Shown here one piece after another: positions 14,563 through 28,300 of a DNA stretch of 64,000 nt. The DNA is taken from positions 186,001-250,000 of the forward strand of contig MU004201.1 of assembly GCA_010093605.1 (NCBI GenBank), given 5' to 3'. Origin of the DNA: Lophium mytilinum (taxonomy: Eukaryota). Numbering within the stretch: position 1 is the stretch's first letter; every line of letters begins with the position of its first letter. The translations under genes and the position numbers were made by a program. The notes beneath the pieces are model-generated. The model was given only the letters and a program-made list of their open reading frames with translations. It ran no database searches and was not told the DNA's origin.

Positions 14563-17500
14563 GCCCCTTAATTAGATATAATAGTATATAGATAGCCTTC
14601 CTTACACTAAACCTATTTAATAAATACTTAGACAACTGGCTTAACTTCCGTAGAATTAAGCGGGATAAACTTTCTCTTCTTAGATAGTTAATTAACTACA
14701 ACTATAATATGCTTGTATTGCCTACCCCATTATTTATAGATAGGCAGCGGTCTAATAAAGGTAACTAAGATGTCATGCTAGTAGTAATGCGGAATTAGCA
14801 GTAGGCGGAGAAGGCCTTACTTACTTTCTCTAGAGTGCTTTAAGTGGCGACAGGTTATGCAAGCGCCTATATACTAATTACCGTCGGAGGTTATAAGAGG
14901 CTAGTAGTAGTGGTTACTTAACCTAGCATATATAGAGGTTATTTCTGTATAACTAGCCAGTTTAGGTTTATGTATAGAATAGATAATAGTAGTACATAAT
15001 TTTAGTACAGCTAGTATGTAGAGTTTCTTGCGGACGTAGAGAAAGTTATTAATTATATTGCAGTTGCCGAGTTTAATTTATAGGTAATGATCGCGATAAA
15101 ATTAAGCTAGTAGTCGTCGCTTATTGCGGCGCTTAGCGTACTTAACTGCTTGTATAATAGGATTAGCCCAAGAGGCTTTCTTTACTCGGCGGAGGATTTA
15201 ATTACTTATTAGGACTGGCTTTAATGTATTATATAGCTTAGCATTAGAAGCTTATCTATTATTAGTAGGAGAATCTTTTATCTTATCTCTTGCTATAGAG
15301 GTAGGCCTAGAATCCTTTATCTCTAGGGGCTCTAAGTGTAATCTTATTCGTTGCGTGCGTGTAACAGCAAGCCGTGGCTTATTATTAGGTTAATTAAACT
15401 CGCTTAGGTTGTATATTATAGAGGCTAGGTCTATAATAGTATACTTGGGGGCGTTATCTATAAGGATGTAAGCTAGATTAATAGCGTAGTGCATATTAGG
15501 CTTATAGTTAGTAGGCTTAAGTATAACTTGCTCTTAATATTTATAGTAAGCGTCGCCCTCGGAAGGCTTATTACCGGGGCGCCTAGTAAGTAGATCTAGT
15601 TTATTGTTAAGCTTGCCCGGTTTATACGTGATTTTAAAGTTGAATTTAGCTAAGAACTTAGCCTATCGGGCCTAGCGGCGATTAAGGCGCTTGGTTGTTA
15701 TAAAGGTTTAAAGGTTCTTGTAATCTAAAATAATATTAATAGGGCTGCTGTATTCCTAGCCTTAGCTGGTAAGCTCTAGGCGCCAGTCTTTAAATGCTAG
15801 GATAATAGCGAGTAGTTCTTTATTATAGATGGCATAGTTAATTTACTATAGAGTTATCTATTATAATATAAAGGCGACTAGATATAAAGTGCTGTCTAGT
15901 TAGACCTATAATAGCACGGCCGCTACTATATAATCTAAGAAATTACATTTAACCTATATCTTATAGTCTGGGTTCCATAGGGCTAGCTAGGGGGCGTTCC
16001 GGAAACATTCCTTAATGCGGGTAAACGCGCGTGCTTTATTGCTATTATCTTTCCAGGGGATTTTAAATGATTTCCTGGCGGATAATATAAGTGTGGAGAG
16101 AGGTGCTGTAAACTTAGAGTATCTAGCAATAAAATAACAGTAGAAGTTGCAGAAACCTAGAAAAGCTTAGACGTTCTTAAGGTTTCTAGGGGTGGGCTAG
16201 TTAAGTACTGTTTAAACCTTGTATAGGTCTGTACGCACGCCGTTAACGCCCACAATAACGCCTAGGTACTTAACTTTCTAGACTGCGAATTGGGACTTAT
16301 AATTATTAAGGAAGAGGCCAGCGTCTTTTAGTTTTATAACTATAGAGATAATATGTTTCTTATACTCTTCTAGGCTATTACTAAAGATAAGCACATTATC
16401 TATATAGGCCGTATAATACTAGTTAAGATCCTCGCGTAGTATGTTATTAATATAGGCTTAAAATAAGCTAGGTGTATTATATAAGCCGAATGGCAGGACT
16501 AAGAATTTAATTAGACCCTATCTTATTAAGAACGCTATTTTATATTTATTACCTTCTTTAATATATAGAGCGTTGAAGGCGCTAATAATATCTAGCTTAG
16601 TGTAGTATTTAGCTTTAGCTAGTAGGGCTAACATGTTCTTAACTAGGGGCGGCATGTTGCAGCTCTTAATTATAATATTATTTAGTCCTCTATAGTCTAT
16701 ATAAACATGCAGGCCCCTACTAGATTTCTTAATAATAAGTATTAGGGCGGCAAAAGAGGATAAACTCGGCGGAATAAAGCCTTTAGATCGCATTTTATTA
16801 ATAAATGCTTTAACTACGGCGGCTTAATCTCGTAAGAGACTATAGACCTTCCGTGCTAGTGGCTTGCTGTTAGGCCCAATATTAATTACGTAGTCTATTT
16901 CGCGGTAAGGGGGCAGTATATTTGCTACTCGTAGGTCCTATGCGTTATAGAGGTAATAGAGCCAATCTAGTAGTAGCTATTTAATCTTATTATTAGTAAT
17001 AGGTGGTCTATTTATTTTATTAAAGATTTTCCTGTAGTTAGCGGGGTTAATTGCAAAGAGATTAGATGTAAACGCAGCTTATTCCTAAGCCAGGGCCTTA
17101 TTTAGCTTATTAAGTCTATAGAGGGCTAGGTTGTTAGCTATAGTATAAGTAGCTTTATTCTCTTAGGTATTAAGGCGGCAAAGCCTATTAAAGTCTTTAT
17201 CTTATAGTTAGATAATAGCGTCTTCCTTACCCTTGCGGGTGAGCTTATACTATTTAGCGAGGAAGTTGTTAGCTTTATTTAAGTTGAGGCCAAGCTTGCG
17301 GTAATAGTCGATAATTTTGTATAGGGCACTGTTGTATAGCTTCTTTCCTTTGCGGGTAATATCTTAGTCGCGGCTATTACTCTAGACACGTCGGCAGCTG
17401 TCTATATATAGATAATGGCTTACATAGTAGTTAGAGTTAAAATCTAGTGCGTGCTCTCCCTATATAGAACGGGGCTTATAGTGTTTAAACTAGGGCATAC

Positions 17501-17950
17501 TAAGAATAATATTATAGCCTTAAAGGTTAGTAATATAACACTATAGATATTTAATGTAAGCGCTAAGTAATAGCGTAATCTAGGCTTTATGCGTAACTAT
17601 TAGTATAGAGCGACTATTAGTAAGCTATAGAGGTATTAGTTTAGCGATTGCAATAGTTATAAGCTTCTAGGCCTTTGCAAATATCCGTAATATAAAGGCT
17701 AGGCATAAGTAACTAGTATCTATAAGATATCTGCTATTAATAGCGCCTATAGTAGTATAAATCTAGCACTTAAAGTTTAATTACTTGCCTTGCGTAACTT
17801 TCTTAGAGGAATTAATAGCGCAAGTAGAGAGCCGGAGTTTGTCTAGCTTAGGGGGTGGTTGCTCTAGCTCGCGGATGCGGGCAACTAGTGCACTTAGATA
17901 AATCTCTACTAGACTCTAACTGTAACTGTGGTTAGAGCCTAGGGAAAATC
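14563..17950 (-). pseudogene. pol: pol of B, 5' part (PR-RT-RH-IN N-terminal half)
   Basis: ORF 16518-16793 is an RT fragment (YIDYRGLN, KLDIISAFN). YIDNVLIFS at ~16380-16410, protease-like motif at ~17720. Confidence 0.9.
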
Positions 17951-20275
17951 CATACTATCTAAGTCTAAAGAGTTTCCTTATGCGGTGTTGTCGTTGCTAC
18001 TTTTATTATTAACAGCGGCTAGGGCGTTACTAAGCTTAATATTGGATGCGGAGTTATCTATATAGTAAATTACAGAGAGCTTTAGGTTAAGCCCTTTCTA
18101 GAAGCGGGTAAGGCGTTAATAAACTATCTCTTTAGAGGGAGGAGCGTTCTTTATATAGAGATAGTTGCAGTCTAATACGCGATGTCCTATCTTAAGATAG
18201 TTATAGCAGACGTCCTTATCTTATTTACTAAGTACTTTGGTTACTGCAGGAGGGAGATAGATGCAGCGGGTATTACTATTATAGTCTTAGCGGCGTAAGC
18301 CGTTATCTACTACAGGGCGTAATAAATACGTCTTTTAAGTTACGGTTAAAGTCTTATTAGAAGCTACAATTAGACTTATTAGTAAATAGCTTATTAGTGT
18401 ATTTTAAGCCATTACTATTATTCCAGGAAGGGCCGTTAGAACATTGCTGCTTACGGGCGCGTTCGCGCTCACTAGCGAGATAGGAAACTGCGCGGTTGAT
18501 AGCGGCGACAAGTTCTAGCTAAGATATGTAGTTGTTGGCGGCTCTAAAAACCTAACCCCTAAGTTTAGAGGTAATAAGGCGCTTAAGCTATCCTTTCTAT
18601 TTAATAAAGTCTATATCCTTGTTAGAGTCTATAGACACTATCTCCTGGAACTAGAGAAGAAAGATAGTCTATTTCTTATTGTATTTTATATACGCCTGCT
18701 AGCTGTAAAGCTTATTATTTATAGCTATAGCTTTATTATTAATTATAAAATATAGGTCTATTACTTTAAATATTTCTTTAATTATTTTAAAGTTGTTGCT
18801 TATAGGGCGGTCCTATTAAGTACAGCTACGTACAACGCTCTCAGCGTATTTAACGCAGTATAATTTAATATACTTAAGCTTTGCTTGCTTATTACGGAAG
18901 TCTTAAGGTTTATTCCGGAAGATAGCGTAGGCGTAGGCTTTCTATAATTTATACTTAGACATATTATTACGTCCTTTAAACTCCTAAAGGTTGCGGAACT
19001 TAGTATAGAGTTAGTGTAGGCTAGCGGCGAGTTGGGCGTTTAGATTGTATAAAAAGTCGGGCTAGGCAAAATAATCGCAGTTAGAAGGATTGTTGCCGTC
19101 GCCTTTATCGGACAGGTAGCCATAGTCACCGCGCTTAGCTGCGTTATCTTATTAAGAGCGCGCTTAGGGTTATTACTATATAGCTTATTAATACTTCTTT
19201 TTATACTCTATGCTCTAAGCGCGAAAGGTATTACGCTGCTATTAGTATTAGTCGCGGTAAAAGGTAACTTTAGCTACTTTAGTAGTAAGGCCTTTAACCT
19301 TAATATATAGCTTAGCGTTAAGGATAGTCTTAGCATTAGTCTTCTTACGCTTATTTTCTAGCTGCTTAGTAAGGCTGTCGCGTTTATTAGTAAAGTTCTT
19401 AGCGTTAGTACGCATTTTAGCTACTTAACAATGGAGCTTAGCGGCTTAGTCTTTAAGGTTATTAATTGCAATACTATTTTATATACCTTATTATCCTTAA
19501 AGTTGTGCAATCTTATTATCTTTCTATTAAATAGCTGCTACTATATTCCTAACGTCTTTATGCAACTCGCCTAGTTCTTAGCGGCAGTTAAGTAGTGCAG
19601 CGTAAATACTAATATATTCATCTTAAGCTACATCGCGGAGCTCTTCTGCGTTGTTAATAGTAATATTAATAGGTTAGCTGTTACTAGCTTAGTTAATGCT
19701 AAAGACTATGCTGCTATTATTATCTATAAGGAGGGACTGTTAATAATTAGGTGGTTGGCCGCTAGTTCTAGCGGAACTTGCGCCTGCGTTAGCTATATTG
19801 GGCTGGTGTTAGTAGGGCAGGTTAGGGTAGGTATTTAGAATTATAATAGTATTAGTAGTAGAGGTGATAACCTAGTCCTCTAAGGTAATTAGAGTTTAGA
19901 AGGAGGATAGGGTAGTTAGGTTAACTAGGGGTTTAGTAAATTAGACGGCATAAGATATAGATGTTTTAGCAAATAACTTAAAGTCTTCTTTATCTTTACC
20001 TTCGCCTTCTTATGCGTAGGCGTTGTTGTTAGTGTCCTACTTAGTAGAGTTAGTAAGGTCGTGCTAGGCTTAGCTTTATAGTAGGTCAGTGCCGATTTAA
20101 GTTAGTGGGAGGTGAATGTCTAGTCCTAGATTACTAAATTTCTTAGCGCGTGCAGCGAGAGCTTCCGGGGTTACAGTTAATTAATGTTATAATACTCCTC
20201 CGCCGCCTATTTTACAGGCAGCCTCCTTTTCTCGGCGGTTAAGCTTGTGCGTCTCTTAAGAGTTAGACGTAAGAG
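17950..20275 (-). pseudogene. gag: gag of B, RIP-degraded
   Basis: Cys knuckle CYNY(C)LKIGHR...DC at ~18165-18210 and an upstream coiled-coil-like frame. Collinear with G. Confidence 0.7.
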
Positions 20276-20280
20276 TAAAT

Positions 20281-20480
20281 TATTAGGGCTTAAGGTTGGA
20301 ACGTTAGAATTATTAGATTAAATAGTATTGATATTAATAAAAGATAAATATAAGAGAGAAAGAGGTTCCTAGGATAGACGTTGTAATAACCTAAAGGGCG
20401 GAGCAACGTTCGCCCGTTCCGCAGAGCCTCCATCACGTAACCTCTAGTCACGTGTTATGCGCAATTATGTAGCTATAATA
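20281..20480 (-). repeat. 3' LTR of D (200 bp)
   Basis: Direct repeat of 29060-29259. Confidence 0.94.
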
Positions 20481-20697
20481 CGTCTCCCCCATCTAAAGAA
20501 GCCCCCTAGTTAAAGCTTTTATAAGAGAGAGTCCTTTCTATGCTAGAGTATCCGTAACCGCTTAAATATCTATTAAATAAAGTGCCTAATCGTGTTTTAG
20601 CCGTAAGTAAATAAAGGAAATGAATTAATTTATAGAGGATTATTCATCTTTCCTATTTTTATGCAGCCTGCCGCAGTTTTACCGTTTTAGTGTGGTA

Positions 20698-20792
20698 GTA
20701 TTGCCATGCGCAGTATTACCATGCGCAGTATTATTATGCGCAGTATTGCTATATGCAGTGTTATTATACGTAGTATTACTATGCGCAGTATT
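20698..20792. repeat. 15-bp tandem repeat (gtattgccatgcgca) x6 in the 3' region of D
   Basis: Six adjacent units differing by C>T/G>A changes. Confidence 0.85.
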
Positions 20793-20989
20793 TGCTATAA
20801 GTGGCCTTATTTATTTAAACTAGGGCCGGCTATAACGGGGCTATAAGAAGCTGTATAGCCTTTATAGCTGCTATCCTGCTACTAGGTGCTTGTAATAATC
20901 TGCGCTATAATATCGCATTTAATTATCGCGCACGTCCGCGGTTAGGCCTCCTTAATAAATTAATTTAACCGCCGGTCTAGTAATTAAAT

Positions 20990-23900
20990 TACATAGCTTC
21001 CGCAGCGTTACTTATATAGAGGTCTATAGCGGTAAGAATAGCAGCTAAAGTTAGCTCCCAGTCTAATAGTGGTTTGAATGACAAGTAAGGGCCTAGTTTC
21101 TTTGGGTATTAATGGTGGAAGTCTACTACAAGGTGTAGATAACTGTCGGCGTAATTATAGTTGTCCTATTAGGGTTTATTGTTCCACCTAATAAACTTAA
21201 TTTTATATTATAGCATGCCTCTTTTACTAGTAGTTAGATTAAGGCGTCTTCTATCCAGGCGGCAATTAATAACTTTCTTAGCGTTGCCTTCCTAGTATAT
21301 AGGCGTTGTCTAAATAGGCGGAGGCTTAGGATTGCGTTGTCCTTTTATAGGAACGGCGTTGGCTGGATAAAGAAGCTAAGGATAGAACACCAGGTGTAAA
21401 TTCTCCATGCCTTTAGGCAAATCGAGCTTATAGGCGCTGCCGTTTTTGTAGCTCTTAAGGACTCTAAAGGGGCCTAGCTTTTTAAAGTTAAGTTTCTTAT
21501 TCGGGCGGTTCGTCTTAATAAATTGTCTGTTAAGCATGACTTAATTACCTAGATAATATATGTAAGCTAGTTATTATCCTACGTTAGTATATTTCTTTTA
21601 TTTAGCCTAGGCCCATTTAATTTCTATGCGGAGGAACGCGCGCAACTTATCTATTCTAGTAACGAACTTATCCGCGAGTTTCGTGAGACGGACTATCGGT
21701 GCGTTCGCGTTCGCGTTCTTAGGCAATCGCACAGCTAGCGCGGTGCCCGCACTAGGAATATAGCCTTTGGTGGCTATAAAGGGCGCTACTCTAGTAGAGG
21801 CGTTCTTTAATAAGTTAGCCTTAAATTTAGTAATAGTAAGGAAGTTAACCTAGTTATCTTGCTAGTAGTTAATATAAGCTTAAAGGTATTACTTTAGGCC
21901 TATATTAGCGATTTCCATTTATCTGTCTATTTTAGGATAGAAAGTAGTAGAAAGCTTTAGCTTTATCCTAATACGCTTATACAGGTGGGACTAGAAAGTT
22001 AATATAAACTATAATCCGCGATTGGATATAATAGACTCTAGGTATTCTTTAGTGCGCTAGACCTACTCTAGAAAGGCTTATACTACTTCCTCTGCGTCTA
22101 TTATTACTATAGGAATAAACTTGCGCATCTTATAGAGTCTATTAATAACTACTATAATGTATTAATAGTCTCTTTTAAATCGCGTGCATCTAGGTAGTAG
22201 GCCGATAAAGTTAACCGTAAGATTAGTCCAATACCTTTCAGGAATTAGCAGTAGTTTAAGGAAACCTTACTTTGCGTCTCGTGCGTGCTTAATACAATCG
22301 CATAGTTAGCAGGCCTTAATATAACAGTCCACGTCGTTTATTATTCTTAGCTAGAAGTAGTGTGTTAAGACATAATTATATATAGAGGTGGTACTACTAT
22401 AGCTAACCGGTAGTGGCTTATAAAGGCTCTTAATAATAGCTAACTAGAGTTCCTCTTTAGTAGGAACGTATAGGCGGTCCTTTTAAATAAAGATAAGGCC
22501 GTTGTAGATTATATAATTATAGAGTTTAAGCTTAACCCCGTAGTTCTTAACAATATCTATTAGTAGGCGGCGTAGCTTGGCTCCAATGGCGTCTTTAATA
22601 GCGTTGCCGACGACGTTATTAATAAGGGTTTCTTGTATGTAATCTACAATGTCTTGGTCTACAGTATTACTAGCAGGGTTACTCTATAACTCCTCCTGCG
22701 TCAATAACTTCTATAGTTCTTATTGCATGCGATTTAGTATATCTTACTCTGCGGCACTATCGGCAGGGTTACTCTATAAATCCCCCTGCCTTAGTAGCTT
22801 CTATAGTTCTTTATTAAGGTTACTCTAAGACTTCCCCTAATTAAGTTCTACTTTGCTAAGGTTGTATAATATCGCTGCGAGGGAAACTACGTTATAAGTG
22901 ACGCCGTCGGTTATAATGTGGGCCAGTTTAATAGCGTAACGCATTCCTGGTTCTAGGTTATAGTCCTTAAGGATAGTCTATTACTAAATTTTATAGCGCT
23001 TATTGTTCTTATCTAGGACATTACCTAGGCGTCTAGTTAGCAAATTAGCCTTGCTATTATCTTTGCCTGGTCTGTAAGTAATTCGGAAGTTAAACTTAGA
23101 GAGAAATTCAGCCTATCTAGCCTATTATTAGTTAAGCTACTTAGTCTCTATAAAGTATTATAAGGTCCGGTAGTCTAAGAGGACTTTAATTAGATTACTA
23201 TGTCTATAGCCTGCAAGCTCTATGCGCTATTCCTTAAAGGCGCGTATAATTGCTAGAAGCTCTTTATTATAGATCGAGTAATTAAGTTAGGCTGCGCTTA
23301 TATAATAAGATATAAACGCAACAGGATGGAGGACCCCGTTAGCCTGCATTTAAGATAGTATAGCAGCTGTAACAGTATTAGATGCATTGTATTCTACCCA
23401 CGTCTCTAGATCTAGATTAAAGTGGGCCATCTAAGGAGCGTTAATAAATACTTATTTTATTTATTTAAAGGAGAAATCCTCTAAACTACCTTCCTACTAT
23501 AGGAAGGCGAACTACTTATAGACCTCTGCTCTAGTAAGTCTTGTAAGTAGCCCTGCAATGTCTAAGTAGGCGACAATAAATCGCCGGTAGAAGTTGTAGA
23601 AGCCCAGGAATGCTTATACATCGCGGAGGTTCCGTAGTTATAGCTAGTTAACGACTGTCTTAACTTTAGCTAGATCTATTTTGAGGCCGTTAACGCTAAT
23701 AATAACGCCTAAGTATTTAACTTCTTATTTATGGAATTCACACTTAGTAATATTAAGGAAGAGGCCAGCCTTATAAAGTTGCTAGAGAACCTTTTTAATG
23801 TGGCCTACGTGTTCCTCCAACATTTTACTAAAAATAAGAATATCGTTAAGATAGGCTGTATAGAAGTTGCTAAGGTACTCTAAGAGTATATTATTAATAA

Positions 23901-25595
23901 AGGCCTAAAAGGTTACTAGGGCGTTGCATAGGCCGAAGGGCAGGACGGTGAATTCAAATAAACCGTATCTTGTAAGAAACGCCGTGTACTTTTCATTACC
24001 CTCCCGCATTCTAATAGCGTTAAAAGCGGCAATAACGTTGAACTTTATATAGTATCGAGCGTATTTTAGGAGTGTAAGAGTATTCTTTATAGCGGGAGGT
24101 ATATTGCGGGCCTTAACAGTAACTGCATTAAGTCCGCAGTAGTCAACGCAGATACGCAAGCCTCCTCCAGGTTTGCGAATAATAATAACTGGAGCAGTAT
24201 ACTAACTGTTACTTTTACGAATATATCCTTTTCTATACATCTTGTTGATAAATGTTTTAACGACTAGTGTTTTGTCTTATGAAAGGCCGTAGACTTTGCG
24301 GGCTAGGGCCTTAGTTCCTGGTTTAATGTTAATATAGTAATTAATATCCGTGCCGTTTTTAGCCTTGCGGCGTAGTAGTAACTTATTAGCTTCTTTTAGG
24401 TCCTATATATTAAGGAAACCCTAATACTCTATAGGTACTAGTGCCTTAAGCTTATTGCAAGTTATTAGTGTGCGCTCTATTTTTTTAAAGAACTTTTGTT
24501 AATCGTCCTTAGATATTATATAGAGGCTAATAGCTGCTAAGTTATTAGTAAAGTTGGCAGGGCCTATAATAATGTTACCTGTTTTATATGCCCGTCCGTT
24601 AGCACGCACCTGGGCTTTAGCTTTCTTATCGCCGAGCGCTAACTTAAAGTATTTAGGCTAGATATAGATAGTGTCCTCTTCTAGCAACTATTATAAATTA
24701 TATAAGCACTTGTCGCCGGAGACGGCGTTAATATTAAGGGCTTTAAAGGCCGCAAGCTGGGCGTTAAGTTTCTACTAGAATAGGCGCTTACTGGTGCGGG
24801 CTATAGGGTCCTTTAACTAAACGTAGATAGGTTTATAGTTAACTAGGCATCGGGAGCAATAGTAGTTAGAATCTAGCTGCATTATACAGGTACTAAATTT
24901 TATATAGGCGTTGTGTGTTATAGCCGTAATGCAACCTCTATCGCGATACGTTCCTAACACACGTAACGGCGTTACGTGCCCTCTAGCACGTAATTACCGT
25001 CACATAACCAGGCTTGGCGCCAGCCTTGCCTACCTCTTAGCCGGCGCTCCGCGCCCTTCTCTTTTTCTTATAGCTACTTTATCTATATATACTAATATTA
25101 GGTCTTCTCTTATATTCCGCTATTGCACCGTAACATTGTGCATTACAAGCTAATCTATACCGAGAATAACATTGTAGCCCTTAAGGTTATAGATTAGGGC
25201 CTAGAATTTATTATAGTAGCCCTCGATCTGCATAGTAACTTGGGCTGCTTTATTAATAACAGAGGTGGAGCTATTTAGTAGCTTAATGTTTTATAGAGTA
25301 GCCTTATAGATGTTAAGCTTATAGTATTTAGTAAAGCTTATAGAGATAAATATAAAACCTCCGCATCTAGAATCTATAAGGACTATAGATTTAAGTATTC
25401 TAGTTAAAGTCTTAATCCTATAGTTAAAGTCTATCTATTTACTTAATAATGGGGCAAGTCCAACGGCGCAAGCTAAGAGTTCGATGTCGGGGGGCTTTAG
25501 AGGGGGTAGCTCGAGCTCTTAGATATATGCGAGAGCTTAAGCTAGCGTGTCTTCTAACTATCTCTAATAACGACTTTCGTTAGAGATTAAGCATT
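20990..25595 (-). pseudogene. pol: pol of D (interrupted by solo LTR at 24916-25135)
   Basis: ORF 23905-24159 is RT (RICVDYCGLN, LPFGLCNA). YLNDILIFS ~23830, integrase, chromodomain ~21090-21300, protease DSRCG-like ~25360. Confidence 0.9.
24916..25135 (+). mobile_element. Solo LTR of the B family (220 bp) inside D
   Basis: Reverse complement of the B LTRs, intact TGT...ACA ends, perfect TSD TTGTG (24911-24915, 25136-25140). Confidence 0.95.
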
Positions 25596-28300
25596 TCCCG
25601 AATCGTCGGAATAAACCCCTTAGTCGTTGTCTTATCCTTATTTATTCTTGTATTTATATTTATACTAACACTCCTAGTTACTACTATAGTTAAAGGCGTT
25701 AAGTTCTATACTGTTAATGCTAGCGGCAGCAAGACGCTTATCGCGCTAAGTCTCTATTATAGTCTTTCTAGCTATAGCGCATTTAGGGTCGCTAGCACGG
25801 TAGTTTTTCTTAAAGTAGCTAAAGCAGCGTTCTTTTTTGCTTAGGCGCAAGCAAATATGTAGTAGGACGCTCGGTAATAGAACTATAGTAGTCTTCTTAA
25901 CTATAATGCAATTATTAGTCTTAGTAGTAGACACTTTACGCTAGGCCCGGTTAGAGTTGCGACGAGCTTAGTTGAAGTCGCGACGGCCGTTCTGCGCGTG
26001 CGCATTGTTTAAGCGGCGAGCTAAGATTTATATAGTAAGGAGTTCTTTATTAGCTCGCTTTTCGCGTTAAATATAGTAATAGTCCTTGTGTAGAACATTA
26101 TCTTTTACCTAGTGCTAGGTTAATAAGCTAAAGTTAATGTATTTAGCGAGATTGGTGCGCAGTGTTTCCTTAAGGTAACGGTATTAAGTCGCAAGACTGT
26201 TGTTAATTTTACCGTACTTAAGCCCGTTAAGAACAACGTTAAGGCGTTATAGAAACTTAGATATCTTTTTATTATAACGCTGTTTTATGCCTTTACTATT
26301 AAGTTAGTTAAGAAGGTAATTACAACGAACAGCGTTACTTTCTTAGAATGTGGCGTCCAGGTCTTAGATAAGTTCCTTAAGTAATTAATACGGGTTAGTA
26401 GACGTAAGGAGACTACAGTCTTCTATAACCTTGTATGCACGCCCTTTACAGTGGCTAATAGCGAGCTGTATCTAGGTTATAGCTGTAGGGTAAGTCTACT
26501 AGTCTACTTAGACTAAGTAAATTAGGTAGTTCTTCTAGGCTGCGTATACTAAAGCTCCTAATTTAAAGTCCCATAAGTGGGTATACTTAGGTTAAGGGCC
26601 TTATCTAAATTAAGGATAGACGGGCCCGTAGACCTATAGCTAGGCAAAACCGCCTAGTTAGCTTAGATCTAGGTTACCCCCTCCTCCTCTGGCTGTAGCA
26701 AAGTGTTAACCTGAAACACAGTTGCGTTGGAAGTTATCTAGGTTAAGGGTGTATAGTCCCACTAGTAGTAGAGGAGAAGTGTTATTGGCAGAATTATAAT
26801 TAGAGTAGTTGTGCAGGTCCGCGTATAGATTATTAGGTCGTTCTGCTAATATATTCTATCGGGCTTAAGCTTTAAGCTAGGTAATTCGCGTTAAGGCTTA
26901 TTAGTGTCTAGCTTTAAGGTCGTCGAGCTAACGGGTTTAGGCTTAGAAGTTAGCGTGCTTTTTATTACGTAGGCGGCGTACGCAGGCTAACTCTATTTAT
27001 TTAGCCTTAAGTTTATAGTTAAGGGTACGGACTTAGGTCCGGAGCTCGGCGAGTTTGCTGTTAGTAAGTAAATATTTTTTATTTAGCTCTTTAACGTTAG
27101 CGTTAGTAGTATTCTATTCTTAGGTGGCGATATTTATTCTATACTTATAGTTATTGCTATCTTAGTAAGCTATTATATTACGGTTCCACTACTATTCTAG
27201 TGCGAGTTAGACGTCTTTAATAAGGTTCTGTGGACCTTGTAGTTTATATTATTAGTAGACGCCGTCTCCGTAGCGCATCTTAAAGATAGAGCTATTAGCG
27301 CGCTACGCAATTGCAAGATGTAACCGCTAACAGTCCTCCGCGTAAATTATAGTATAGTGTCTATTACTCCATCCTATACCCGCTGCTTACTGGGCTAGGT
27401 TAGGAGTATTAAGTCCGGTAATGGATTTGACGCGGGTAGATTAGTATTGTAATAGAGATATATTAGGCAAGGAAATACTATAAATAGGTGGTATTCTTAG
27501 ATATTTAGGGTCGCCTAACTAATATAGCTTAGGAACGGTGTTATAGTACGCCGTGGCTTTAGGAGTATTAATAGTAACGCCTTAATAGGCTGTCTTAAGC
27601 TTATTAACCTCGTCGTCCGCGTTAGTACTAAACTAGCGTTCCTCCTCTTAACGGTTATATTTATCGGCCGAATTAAAATTAGAGGAGGAGTCCTTATTAT
27701 AGGCGGCAGTTATATTATCTAGACCGGCAGTTATATTGTTAAGGCTGGCAGTTATATTATTAAGTTTGTTAGGTAAATTAAAGTTGCCTGGTACATAGCT
27801 ACTAACACGGGAGAGCGGGAGTGTGGTTTCCTCTGCGGTTAGAAGGACTAGAGTAATTAGTGGAGGCTTGCCTATAGTGCCGAACTTAGTCTAATAATAT
27901 TGCAGCTTAGCGGGTGTAACTAGAGGGACTAGTCTAATAGATGGAGCTAGTTAAGAGGTGGCAGCTAATGTCTATAACTAGGATTAAGTCGCGCCTTAGG
28001 AGGGTTAAACAAGAGGAGGCTGCGGGCTGTAATTAATCTGCGTTATATTATTGTTGTTGTTCCCTATAAGAAGGTATTACAGGTTCGGGGCGCCTTCTTA
28101 ACGTAATATAATGCTAATGCGGCAGGGGTTAATAGTAATAGGAATACTATTAGCGTCGCTAAATAGGCGTCTAGCCGTGGAGCGTCTACTAGAGACGGAG
28201 TTGCTAAACTATAGGGCTTTAGCGCGGTTAAAAGTATAGCGGTTAGAGTTAGCTATATAAAGAGGTGGAAAAGAATTAGTATAGGAGGAAGAAAACTTAG
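25590..28300 (-). pseudogene. gag: gag of D, RIP-degraded
   Basis: ORF 25746-25934 contains a RIP-altered knuckle RCFSYFKKNYRASDPKC. Long upstream frame. 5' limit approximate. Confidence 0.68.

Noticed and set aside
24911..25153. Short ORFs lying over LTRs or antisense to TE genes (24911-25153, 41780-42001, 45049-45300, 52459-52731, 54051-54236)
   Set aside because: These are chance frames in LTR or antisense TE sequence with no recognisable motifs.
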